A DNA stretch of 64,000 nucleotides from Octopus sinensis (taxonomy: Eukaryota): positions 26,598,001 through 26,662,000 of the forward strand of contig NC_043005.1 in the NCBI RefSeq assembly GCF_006345805.1. The letters run 5' to 3'. The number at the start of each line of letters is the position of its first letter. Within the stretch, counting starts at the first letter, position 1. Shown here one piece after another: positions 37,889 through 49,933 of this stretch. The notes below the pieces were generated by a model. It did no database searches. It had not been told where the DNA came from and saw only the letters and a list, made by a program, of their open reading frames with translations. The position numbers and the translations under genes are program-made.

Positions 37889-38272
37889 AATTAACACAAT
37901 ATATCTGATTAATAATATCTGTTATGATTGTGCGATGGTGGTGGGCGATAATAATTCACCGTTCTAAAAGACCTGTGGCGGGAATATTTAAACTTTTGCG
38001 GCTGTCAACGATTTCTATAGATACAGACAGACGTACAGTGAGAGAGGTGGTGGAAGTAAGAGTGACAAAGAGACGAAGCTGTCAAACGTCGTTATAGAGA
38101 GATAAAACTCATTCTTTTTGCCATAGCAACCACATCTTTATAGCATCCTCACCACGCATTTAGTGTCCCTGCCAATTTTCAGCTCGATCCTAGCCTCGGT
38201 TGGCCGCCATTAACCGTCAAAGCAAAATGTGCATACATTTTTTGTCCAAGGACTGTTTTATAGATATAGATA
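37010..38272 (+). mobile_element. Two tandem putative Helitron/HINE-like non-autonomous elements (~37010-37488, ~37490-38272)
   Basis: Starts ACTAGC..GACCCG and TATACCCAGCCTTGCTCGGG; ends TTTTATAGAT(A)TAGA; internal TA tract. Superfamily assigned by resemblance only. Confidence 0.4.
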
Positions 38273-38274
38273 AT

Positions 38275-38661
38275 ACATTTTAAAAGTTTTGAATTAAGTT
38301 TTTAAATCATCTTACGATCGTTTCGAAAAAGTGCTGTCCCTATAATGGAATCTTATATTGATAAGCATTTGTAGACAACTCTTCTGCTCTTCAGAGATAT
38401 AAAATTTGAATTTTGTATAATATATTGAATCGTAGTCTTTTAAAAATATGAAGCAATATTATAACACCACTTTATAGTATTACTTCATATTTATAAAATA
38501 CTACCATTCGATACATTATATAAAATTCAAATTTTATATCTCTGAAGAGCAGAAGAGTTGTCTACAAATGCTTATCAATATAGGGTTCCATTACAGGGAC
38601 AGCACTTCTGCGAAACGTTCGTAAGATGCTTTAAAAACTTAATTCAAAACTTTTAAAATGT
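38275..38661. repeat. Fold-back hairpin, ~185 bp arms (copy at 39860-40246)
   Basis: ACATTTTAAAAGTTTTGAATTAAG..TGTAGACAACTCTTCTGCTCTTCAGAGATAT pairs with ATATCTCTGAAGAGCAGAAGAGTTGTCTACA..CTTAATTCAAAACTTTTAAAATGT. Confidence 0.9.
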
Positions 38662-38916
38662 CATGTATATTATATTTATACTTATGCATATTTACATATT
38701 TGTTTTATATATATTTATATTTTTAATTCAACAATTATTTTACACACGTATATATCTTTCTGAAGAATTTTCTAATACTGATTTCATGATATTAATAATA
38801 ATATATTATAAAATATATATAATCGCTCGTATTAAATACATAAATACTTTAATAGTATTAATACTTTGATACAATTGAGCACTCAATATAAATTCAGTAT
38901 ATAATATTCTCATTGA

Positions 38917-38974
<58 letters not shown>

Positions 38975-39148
38975 GTATTTACTGCCACACACGCTACCAA
39001 CACACCACACAAACCGACCATCTTCACACTCACCTTTTCCAGAAACCACTTTCTCTTTCTCCTTCCACTTCCGGTCAGTTCAGAAATATAACTGCATATA
39101 GACTGGGCGATGTTTCCTTAATTTTCATTTTTTCTCTTTGGACTTTCC

Positions 39149-39184
39149 TGTTTCTGACGAAGAGCTATGCTTGAAACGTTAACA
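39149..39184 (+). ncRNA. Minimal hammerhead motif in PLE pseudo-LTR-like repeat (duplicate at 40727-40762)
   Basis: TGTTT CTGACGA A GAGC tat GCTT GAAAC GTT AACA. Confidence 0.6.
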
Positions 39185-39295
39185 ATAACTCTGTCCCTTC
39201 ACCGAGCGTCTAATTAATATATTTCTTGTTCACGTCCCCACGTTCGATTTTTTTCTTTTTTTCTCTGTATTTTTTAATTGTTTGCTTATTTGAAT

Positions 39296-39342
<47 letters not shown>

Positions 39343-39439
39343 TATATATATACGCATTAATATGTACATATATACGCATTATATATATACATGTCTACAC
39401 ATATATATGTAAATACATTATATATATATATTTATATAT

Positions 39440-39472
<33 letters not shown>

Positions 39473-40503
39473 AATTAACACAATATATCTGATTAATAAT
39501 ATCTGTTATGATTGTGCGATGGTGGTGGGCGATAATAATTCACCGTTCTAAAAGACCTGTGGCGGGAATATTTAAACTTTTGCGGCTGTCAACGATTTCT
39601 ATAGATACAGACAGACGTACAGTGAGAGAGGTGGTGGAAGTAAGAGTGACAAAGAGACGAAGCTGTCAAACGTCGTTATAGAGAGATAAAACTCATTCTT
39701 TTTGCCATAGCAACCACATCTTTATAGCATCCTCACCACGCATTTAGTGTCCCTGCCAATTTTCAGCTCGATCCTAGCCTCGGTTTGGCCGCCATTAACC
39801 GTCAAAGCAAAATGTGCATACATTTTTTGTCCAAGGACTGTTTTATAGATATAGATAATACATTTTAAAAGTTTTGAATTAAGTTTTTAAATCATCTTAC
39901 GATCGTTTCGAAAAAGTGCTGTCCCTATAATGGAATCTTATATTGATAAGCATTTGTAGACAACTCTTCTGCTCTTCAGAGATATAAAATTTGAATTTTG
40001 TATAATATATTGAATCGTAGTCTTTTAAAAATATGAAGCAATATTATAACACCACTTTATAGTATTACTTCATATTTATAAAATACTACCATTCGATACA
40101 TTATATAAAATTCAAATTTTATATCTCTGAAGAGCAGAAGAGTTGTCTACAAATGCTTATCAATATAGGGTTCCATTACAGGGACAGCACTTCTGCGAAA
40201 CGTTCGTAAGATGCTTTAAAAACTTAATTCAAAACTTTTAAAATGTCATGTATATTATATATTTATACTTATGCATATTTACATATTTGTTTTATATATA
40301 TTTATATTTTTAATTCAACAATTATTTTACACACGTATATATCTTTCTGAAGAATTTTCTAATACTGATTTCATGATATTAATAATAATATATTATAAAA
40401 TATATATAATCGCTCGTATTAAATACATAAATACTTTAATAGTATTAATACTTTGATACAATTGAGCACTCAATATAAATTCAGTATATAATATTCTCAT
40501 TGA

Positions 40504-40551
<48 letters not shown>

Positions 40552-40873
40552 GTATTTACTGCCACACACGCTACCAACACACACACACAAACCGACCATC
40601 TTCACACTCACCTTTTCCAGAAACCACTTTCTCTTTCTCCTTCCACTTCCGGTCAGTTCAGAAATATAACTGCATATAGACTGGGCGATGTTTCCTTAAT
40701 TTTCATTTTTTCTCTTTGGACTTTCCTGTTTCTGACGAAGAGCTATGCTTGAAACGTTAACAATAACTCTGTCCCTTCACCGAGCGTCTAATTAATATAT
40801 TTCTTGTTCACGTCCCCACGTTCGATTTTTTTCTTTTTTTCTCTGTATTTTTTAATTGTTTGCTTATTTGAAT

Positions 40874-40924
<51 letters not shown>

Positions 40925-40944
40925 TATATATATATATATAGTAG

Positions 40945-42625
40945 TCATTGAATTTGTCCAGTGTATGTCTAATCCGCAATGGTTCCAGATGTCAGCGATT
41001 GTGACTCTGGTGCTGTTTATGTTGACATCTCTTTGAATTAAGTACACCCTTGAACCGAGTTTCTCAGCAACCGTGCTGCAAATCGACCTATTTTCGTTTC
41101 GATAATCCCTGATAAATGGTAATCATCCGTATATAATTTATTGAAACTGTTTATCTGTTCTGCATTTGATATTTTGGGCGGTAATAATAATGGCAAAATC
41201 ATTTATAGTTGTTGACCGTAAAGCATTTCTGCTGACGATTTTCCGTTCAATGCTGGATAATGGCACAGAACGATAAAAAAAATTTGATTGACTTCCTATC
41301 AATGAATAATTTACAAGGAATTCCTTGTGTAAGCTAAGCGTTCTGATTCACCCCTTAAAACCGGGTGATAGACAGATGACTTCAAATGCTGAATTGCCAT
41401 TTCATTGCAAAATTTGTGATGACGTAAATTGAGGTCCATTTAAGGGTATAAATATTTCAGACAGTCCTGTAAAGATAGTTTTACGGAATATTATCAATGT
41501 TTCAACTGTAAGTTCAATTCAATTCAATTTTTATTGGCTCAAAAAGCAAAAGCAATGTCATGTAGGGGGGCAGGGAGTTATGTACAGAGAGGGTGGTCAT
41601 ACAAAGAGTTCAGGCCATTTCTGGTCAAGAGAGACTTTGACCCGAGCAGTCGTCGGCATCTTCACTATCTCGTCCGGCAGCTTATTCCACGGATCCGCAA
41701 CCCGGACGGAGAAAGCCCCTCTCCTTTGATTGAGATGAAAACGTCGTAGATAGAGGTTTTCGGAGTGACCCCGCAGCCCACGCTCTGGAGCAGGAGTGAA
41801 GAACAGCTCATTTGGGAGATTACACTTCCCGCTGTTGTTAGCGTTGTTGTCATAAATAGAAATTTCGGGAAATGATCAATGAAAATAAGCATCATTTTAA
41901 TTAAACATATTCTGATGCAGTCGATGTTTTCATTGCCTGGGTCCAGATGTAATAAAACCTGATCGTCATACAGGACTAAATCTGACTCCCGCATCCGTAA
42001 CAGATAACATTTTGGTCAGTTGCAGTATCTACGGGTCGTTTCGTTCATTTGAGTCGTGTAATGGCCTTCTTGGAGTAGCGTCAACATTTTATTGTGGAAT
42101 ATTTTAGGAATAATTACTATAAGAACATTGGACTGCAAAAATTAACAAATTCCCGTGATAATTGATTGCAATTCGTTTTATCCAATGTTCTCTTAAATGC
42201 TTGTCTTCATTTTATTTTGTTTTGTTTGCTGGCCAACCATTATCGAGGAATTGTTGAAATCGAATAATGTCGTTATCAAACTTCAGCTCCGGTTCAATAG
42301 AATACCAGTTTAATGGTAACCAATATTCCATTGAGACTTCCATCAATAATATAATGTATTTCTCTTCCAGATAGAATACAAATTTTTATGACATTTTCGT
42401 TAAAGCCGTAATTAATGAAGTCCAATCAGCAATCTTGTTCATGCATCAGTGTTTTCGTGTTGCGTCAAAGCTTTACATCATACAGTATATTTGAACGACA
42501 CTGATAACATCGTCCAGCATTGCGGTTGTTGACCGCGACGTATAGGTATGTTTTTATCCGGTGAGAGTATGTGTACTAGTGGCTTGTAATCAGCAATAAA
42601 TTAAGGGGGAAAAGAAGAAAAAAAG
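40945..42625 (-). pseudogene. Gypsy LTR-retrotransposon pol remnant (RNase H end, integrase)
   Basis: Minus frames: ADYKPLVHILSPDKNIP..QCWTMLSVSFKYTV; LDNGWP; VIIPKIFHNKMLTLLQEGH; LHLD..IFIDHFPKF; GLSEIF..NGPQFTS; SSVYHP..GESER; many stops and shifts. Confidence 0.85.
41511..41835 (-). mobile_element. CR1-group LINE 3' fragment nested in the Gypsy integrase
   Basis: Minus GKCNLPNELFFTPAPERGLRGHSENLYLRRFHLNQRRGAFSVRVADPWNKLPDEIV..SLDQKWPELFV*; (TTGAA)n tail. Confidence 0.85.
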
Positions 42626-43119
42626 AATGTATTAAGTTTATGAAAAATGATTGTAATAGATACTCCTTCTTAATTTACTTGCGAGTATCGGTATCGATGT
42701 CCATTCACTGTTTTACACGCATGATCCAAAAATGAACGTTCAGCTCTATTCTCTCATCGTAATAGAACTGTTCTGGCTGGTGACAAATTAGCGACATACT
42801 TTCGTTGTAATGTGAGAGCTCAGCAATCTCAGGCTCTCATGGTTTTATCTAATCTAAACTTTGTCAGTGATCCTTTGATCATTAGACTGATACAGTCGTT
42901 GTCATTAATTCTAAATAAAAAAGAGTCAAACTTATTATGTTCTTTCTATCTTTTTATCTTTTGCTCGTTTCGATCATTGGACTATGGCCCTGATGGGGCA
43001 CCGCGTTGAAGGGTTTTAATCGAAAGTATCCACCCCAGTACTTATCGTTTTTGTATTACTTACTTTGATGTTTGATACTCATTCTATCAGTCTCAAGTAT
43101 TTAATTTCTGATATATATA

Positions 43120-43260
43120 TAGGTCAAATTTCGCCGAGGTCGACTTTACCTTTTATCCTTTCGGGGTCGATAAATTAAGTACCAGTTGCGTACTGGGGTC
43201 GATCTAATCGACTGGCTCCGCTCCCCAATAATTTCGAGCCTTGTGCCTAGAGGAGAAAAG
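43120..43260 (+). mobile_element. SINE family A 3' part
   Basis: Core GCCGAGGTCGACTTTACC..GTCGATCTAATCGAC..CTTGTGCCTAG. Confidence 0.85.
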
Positions 43261-43614
43261 TATATTTTAATAGCATATTCATCTACTCCAATAAGACTTT
43301 TGCCAGATACGCTAAAAGTATAACCAAGATTAAAAAAGGCAAAAAAAGATTCATTTTTCTTTATGGCACTTTTGAAAGGTCTTATCTGTTAACCGATTAA
43401 ATATTGTTTCTAAATTGCTTCGACGTTTTTCATCTGTCGTCCAGATAGCAGCGCACAATGAAGACGTTTGTTCGGTAAGCAGTCACACCGGAAACTCCTT
43501 GTGGCTTTCGTTTCTGCTTATAAAGACCTAAAGCTGTTATTATCATTAAAGAATTCTGTTCTTCAATTTACTGGAGCGTCTTTCTCTCTCTCTCTCGACC
43601 ATGAAAAAGAAGGC

Positions 43615-43660
<46 letters not shown>

Positions 43661-44310
43661 AAGAAAAAAAGAGAGACTGTATGTGTGTGTGTAAGTGTGT
43701 GCGTGCGTGCGGTATAAGGGGTATAACAACACCTTTATACACAATATAACATTAAAGAACATAACAACCGCCTGAACACAACACACAACACGTATGGCAA
43801 TCTAGAAATAAAAATCCTTGATCACTAGCCATAACAACGCTGTTTAGACGTAATGTGATGTCTCGTAGAAACTCTGCAATATCATTTTGTTCCATTGAGG
43901 AACATTAAAAGAGTGAAATATATATAAATATATACAAACAGAGCATTAAACGACTCACAAATCATTGATCTTAACTTTGGTTTATAGATCCATCGTAGTT
44001 TTATTTATTTGCAATAGAAGACTGGTTGCTAGGTAACTACATGTAATCTACCGTCATTTGATATTGATTCAGCAGAGATAATTTGACACCAGGAAATGTA
44101 TAAAGAGGCGACAGGTCATGAGACGAGCAGAGAAATCATTGTGTTCGAGCATGCATGCCTTCGTGCATGCGTGCGTTGCGTGCGTGTTTGTGTGTATGCG
44201 TGCGTGTGTATGTAGTCCAGTTGAAACTAGTCGAACTGTTCCCAGGCACGTCTTTGTAGGAGCAAACACTGTGCTGTAACTATAGCCTGCGTAGCTGCGC
44301 ACATGTGTAC

Positions 44311-44341
<31 letters not shown>

Positions 44342-44392
44342 ATTGTATGTGTGTATGTGTGTGTGTGCGTGTGCGTGTATGTGTGTATGTGC

Positions 44393-44436
<44 letters not shown>

Positions 44437-45429
44437 CCGTGTGTGCGTGTGTAGAGTGCAGTGAATGTTGCCGAGCCATCTTGTGTTCGTCTTTGCAGAG
44501 TTATCAGTGTTGTATAGCCACACCGTTTATTTACACAATGAGGCTGAATGTATGTTTATCAATACTATTTGCAATTTATCAACATATGCGCTGGTTATAG
44601 GCGTCCATGTTTGGTTGTCTGGAAACAAACATTTCAGCGAATCTTTACGAAATTTCAAAGGGAAATAAAGATGCAACCCAGAAAATTGAATCCAAATAAA
44701 AATAATAAAACGCCTGGGTTCAACGTCTCTTTGGGGGTAAAACGCAATGGAGTTATTTAGAGAGGTAAAGGGTGAATGAGAGGTGTAATAGAGTAGAAGT
44801 TGAGGAGGGGTGTTAGGATTAGGGTACATTTGTTACGTTACTCAGAATAGTTCTGCAGTAAATATGTTATAGGAGTGGATTAATATATATTTTTTATACA
44901 TAATTAGGATATTTTTATACATAATTATGATAATTAGGATTTTATACATAATTACTATACTGAGCAAATAAGCACATGATTGAAATAGGCGCTTGGATTT
45001 TAATTCGTGGATACGTGCGGAATGCATATACATTATTTTGCCCTTATGGCGGTACGTATAATGTATTTTTCATTTATTTTTCATTTATTTATGTCGCCAT
45101 TGATGATCGGAAAGTGTTTTTAATAACTCAAACCGTGAAATCTATAGATTTAGGACTATCCAAATTATTTTATAAATTCTCGCTGTCTATTTTCCTCGCT
45201 TACAACCTCGTACAGTGAAGTAATAATCTAAGTGGTTCGCAGACCTTTTGGGGTCTATTTCATCGGCTGTATTTCATCGGCTGACTATAAAGGAATGATG
45301 CTATCATGAAGGTAATAAAGAATGTATATTAATACAGGTTTCAAATTTTGGCACAAGGTCAGAAATTTTAGGGGAGGGTGTAAGTTGATAGCATCGACCC
45401 CCAGTGTTACCTCCTTCACAACTATATAT

Positions 45430-45690
45430 TGCCCCCAATTTAGAGCTATATAATAATATACATGAAATATAATAAGGCGGCCACAGTCCATTCAAAATAC
45501 AAAAATAAATCTAATTTAAATTCTTTTCTAATCTAAGCAAAAGCCCGAAATTTTGGGGGAGGGAGCCAGTCGATTAGATCGACTCCAGTATGTAACTGGT
45601 ACTTAATTTATCGACCCCGATGAAAGGCAAAGCCGACCTCAACGGAATTTGAACTCAGAATGTAAAGACGGATGAAACACCGCCAAGCAT
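45430..45690 (-). repeat. SINE A plus flank shared with the palindrome outer arms
   Basis: TACATGAAATATAATAAGGCGGCCACAGTC.ATTCAAAATACAAAAAT.AATCTAATTTAAATTCTTTTCTA also at ~23540-23610 and inverted at ~28650-28715. Confidence 0.8.
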
Positions 45691-45694
45691 TTGT

Positions 45695-46925
45695 GAAATC
45701 TTGCATAAATTAATTTCAACTCCTCTTATTAAAAAAAGCATTGTTTTTTATCCAGACAAACTGTTATCTGACTGTTCAAAGAACACTTCATAGACAACTG
45801 GTAGCGAATTCTCTTGAAAATGGACAGAATTTGGGCATTGTGGTGCTATCAAGTACCTGCAAGAAAGGGATTTATCTCCCAATGACATTCTTGTTGCTAT
45901 ATTCAGGGATGATGCTCAGCTTATCAACAGTGCAAAGGTGGGAAGCTGAATTTAAGAGGGGAAGGAAGAATCTTGAAGGTGATCCAACGTCTGGACGCCT
46001 AGCAACTCCACCATCGAGTAAAACATCGATCGTATTCCCTACATGCATGGTAATGAATGACTGGCGATTGGCTATAAATCAAATTGCTAATGTTATTAGC
46101 ATATCTCACTGAGAGAGTTGAGAGTATTCTGCACAATGAATTTGGCATGACAAAGGTTTCTGCTTGGTGGGTGCCATGTCTTCTGAAACCAGCTCAAAAG
46201 CGTACCAAGCTGATCACACCACGGGAAAATCTGACATTGTCTGAAGCAGATCTAACTGGTTTCCTTGAACGTTTCCTAAGTTAGGAGAAATGTTGGTTTC
46301 ATCACTTTGAGCTTGAGACAAAGAGACAATCCACGCGGTGGAAACACCTCTCCAAAGAAAGCCAAGGTTGTCTCATGTGAATGGAAAGCAATGGTGCCAG
46401 TTTTTTGGGATGCAAAAAGCATAGTGTTTATTGATTATCTCCAAAAGGGCCACGCCATTAATGGAGAGTACTATGCCAACTTGGTGAGGCAGTTACAAAA
46501 GGCCACCAAGACCAAACGGCTAGGAAAACTCACGAAAGGGTCTTGTTCCATCAGGACAATTCCCAAGCATACAAGTCTTTGTTTTCAATGACTACTGTGC
46601 AATAACTGTGAATTTGAACTTGTTGAGCACTCTCCTTATTCTCCTGATTTTGGCCTCATCTGATTATCATCAGTTCTCCAACACGAAAAAATGAAAAAAA
46701 CACATGGCTGTGAATCAGTGTCACAGTGATGATGACGTCATATCTGCAGCTGAAGATTTTTGTGGCCAACAGGATGATATCTTCTTCACCAATTGGATCT
46801 AAGCACTGCAACACCGATGGAAGAAGAGTGCGGGCCACAAGGGAAACTCTGTTGCAAGATAAGCCTAATTTAGTCACATTCCATGAAAATATCTTGGTCA
46901 GTCTGAACTTTTCAGCCGACCCTTG
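45695..46925 (+). pseudogene. Mariner transposase remnant with right TIR
   Basis: VQRWEAEFKRG..GDPTSGR; KVSAWWVPCLL (WVPHEL-like); VFWDAKSIVFIDYLQKG..NGEYY; FHQDN; HSPYSPD; right end reverse complement CAAGGGTCGGCTGAAAAGTTC. Confidence 0.9.
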
Positions 46926-46981
46926 CAAAAGCGCAGCAGAACTACACGGATACCTACGCAGGCATCTAACATTTGTAGTTC

Positions 46982-47014
<33 letters not shown>

Positions 47015-47266
47015 TTACGCACAAAACACTTCAGCTGTTACTTCAGTACTCATTTGTTAACGCGAACCATTAAGTAGTTTTATGTTCTTCTTTACTCCGT
47101 GTACAAATGTACAATTATGGGCTATTTTTTGTTATATATCTCCAATAATTTCTGAAACTACATATGGGAACGAAAATGAAAATGTTCGATGTTTCCTGAA
47201 AAATGTAGGATATTTAGTCAAAAGTAACCTCCAAAAGAAATAAATTTAATTTACCCTCTCTCACTA

Positions 47267-47302
<36 letters not shown>

Positions 47303-47304
47303 TA

Positions 47305-48040
<736 letters not shown>

Positions 48041-48057
48041 TATATATATATATATAT

Positions 48058-48245
48058 ATTCTTTACTTTCAGTCATTTAACTGCGGCCATGCTGGAGCAC
48101 AACCTTCAGTCGAACAAGTCGACCCCAGGTCTTATTCTTTGTAAGTCTAATACTTATTCTATCAATCTCTTTTGCCAAACCGCTATGTTACGGGGACGTA
48201 ACCATACCAACATCGGTTGTCGAGCGATGGTGGTGGGGACAAGCG
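48058..48245 (-). mobile_element. SINE family B 3' part, abutting the end of the CR1/L2-group fragment
   Basis: TTTCAGTCATTTAACTGCGGCCATGCTGGAGCAC..CATCGGTTGTCGAGCGATG. Confidence 0.85.
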
Positions 48246-48249
48246 ATGG

Positions 48250-48960
48250 TGGTCCAGGCCATGTCTAACATAATAGCACCACCTGATTGGATTATTTTAA
48301 GTCAAGTTTTGTGGTGTCATGGTCCATTCGAGTAGGGAGTTCTTGAGTTGTGTCCATGTATAGGTGGCTTATCTGGTATTCCCGAAGAAATTTGTTCAGA
48401 CTCCGTTTAAAGATGTTGGGATCCTTTTCCTCTTTGACCTGTTTTGGGACAATGTTAAAAAGGGCAGGGCCTATTGAGGAAAAGAAATTATGTCGCAGTG
48501 TACCTATATGTTGTGATCCTGAATTGGGCAGGGGTCGTATGGTTCGTGATCCCAGCCTTTGATGAACCTTGACACTAATCTTCAGGTCGTTTGAGTAATG
48601 CTGGCGGTATATTCTCCACATCGTACAAATGATGTACCGCTCGCGGCGGCGCTGGAAAGAGTAGAGTTTCAAGGCGGTCCCAGTAATCAAGATCAGTCAT
48701 GCCCTTTATTCGTTTAGAGTATGTCCTCTAGGGTGATTCAATTTTCGAGATGTTTTGTTTTATATGGGAAGACAACAGGGGGCAGCAGTATTCGAGGTGT
48801 GACCGTACAAAGGAGGAGAAAAGTGGAATGATGACACCTTGTCCTCTGGACCGGAAGGTTCTTAGGATCTAGCAGCTCATCCTATGCGCTATAGCGACCT
48901 TATTGTTGAGGTAGGCACTCCTACTGAGATTGTTATCAACAATTACTCCTAGGTCTCTGA

Positions 48961-48962
<2 letters not shown>
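48250..48962 (-). mobile_element. CR1/L2-group LINE 3' fragment
   Basis: Minus IRDLGVIVDNNLS..ILRTFRS..FVRSHLEYC..LKLYSFQRRRERY..FNIVP..FKRSLNKFL; same family as 53785-54452. Confidence 0.85.
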
Positions 48963-49023
<61 letters not shown>

Positions 49024-49679
49024 TATATATTGTGTTAGTGGGGTGGTGTTATGGGAAGGTGTTTTGGTAAAATTTCTCATGGTTAAATTTGTGTTTATGT
49101 TATTAGAATTTAGAATTCATTCATGCATGTAACACTTTGTAAATAAACTTGCAGGTGTTTCCCTTTCATTGGGCGTGACAGTATTTTCCTTTTTTAGATT
49201 TAATCCTTTTGCTTTGACATTATAAGGGTCAAGGGTACAAAGTCCAGTAATTAGGTGTGTCAAGTTCCTTTCACAAAAGAACGTAGGCAGGTGTTAAGTT
49301 TAGGCTGGTCCTGTCTTTAATTGTTGTAGGTTATTTCCTGATTTAAAATACACACTCCCAAAAATGACTTCTAACTCAACAGAGGCTACATAAAAGCAAG
49401 ACTAACTCTAATGCAACGCTGTTCGACGATGACTTAGCTGGCCGTAACTGCGAAGTCACTGTCAACAACATTCCTATTTAAGAATAATAAATTTGTAATT
49501 TACAAAAGTATAGAGTAATCCATCAGAATTTTCCATTCTTCCCGGTCGTCTTGCTAATACACCTGCTTGTTGTTCCCTCAACTTTCTTTATTTTTTGTCT
49601 TCTGTACATTCGAACCACACACACACACACCTCCACTACTTTATTATCTCCCCTTCTTCCCAGCTCCCATGTGTGACCC

Positions 49680-49884
49680 CTCTGTCCAACATTCGCCATG
49701 TTAGATCGCTAGCCACTAAAACTTTTTCTATTTTCTATCTCTGTTTATTTCTGTGTTCCTTTTTGTCGAAGAGCGTAGGCTTGGAACGTAAAAGACTTTC
49801 GCGCTTCCCAAGCGTCAAACTAATACATCTGTTTGTTGTTTACACACCCACCTTCGTCTTTTGTTGTTTCTTTTTTGTAAATTC

Positions 49885-49890
<6 letters not shown>
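49680..49890 (+). mobile_element. PLE pseudo-LTR-like repeat with decayed hammerhead motif (49758-49795)
   Basis: TTGTCGAAGAGCGTAGGCTTGGAACGTAAAAGAC, related to 27849-27886. Confidence 0.55.

Positions 49891-49929
<39 letters not shown>

Positions 49930-49933
<4 letters not shown>

Larger units (their letters stand above)
37750..40935 (+). repeat. Near-identical direct tandem duplication, unit ~1.59 kb
   Basis: ~37750-39335 repeats at ~39340-40935 with only small indels seen, mostly in microsatellites. Confidence 0.95.
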
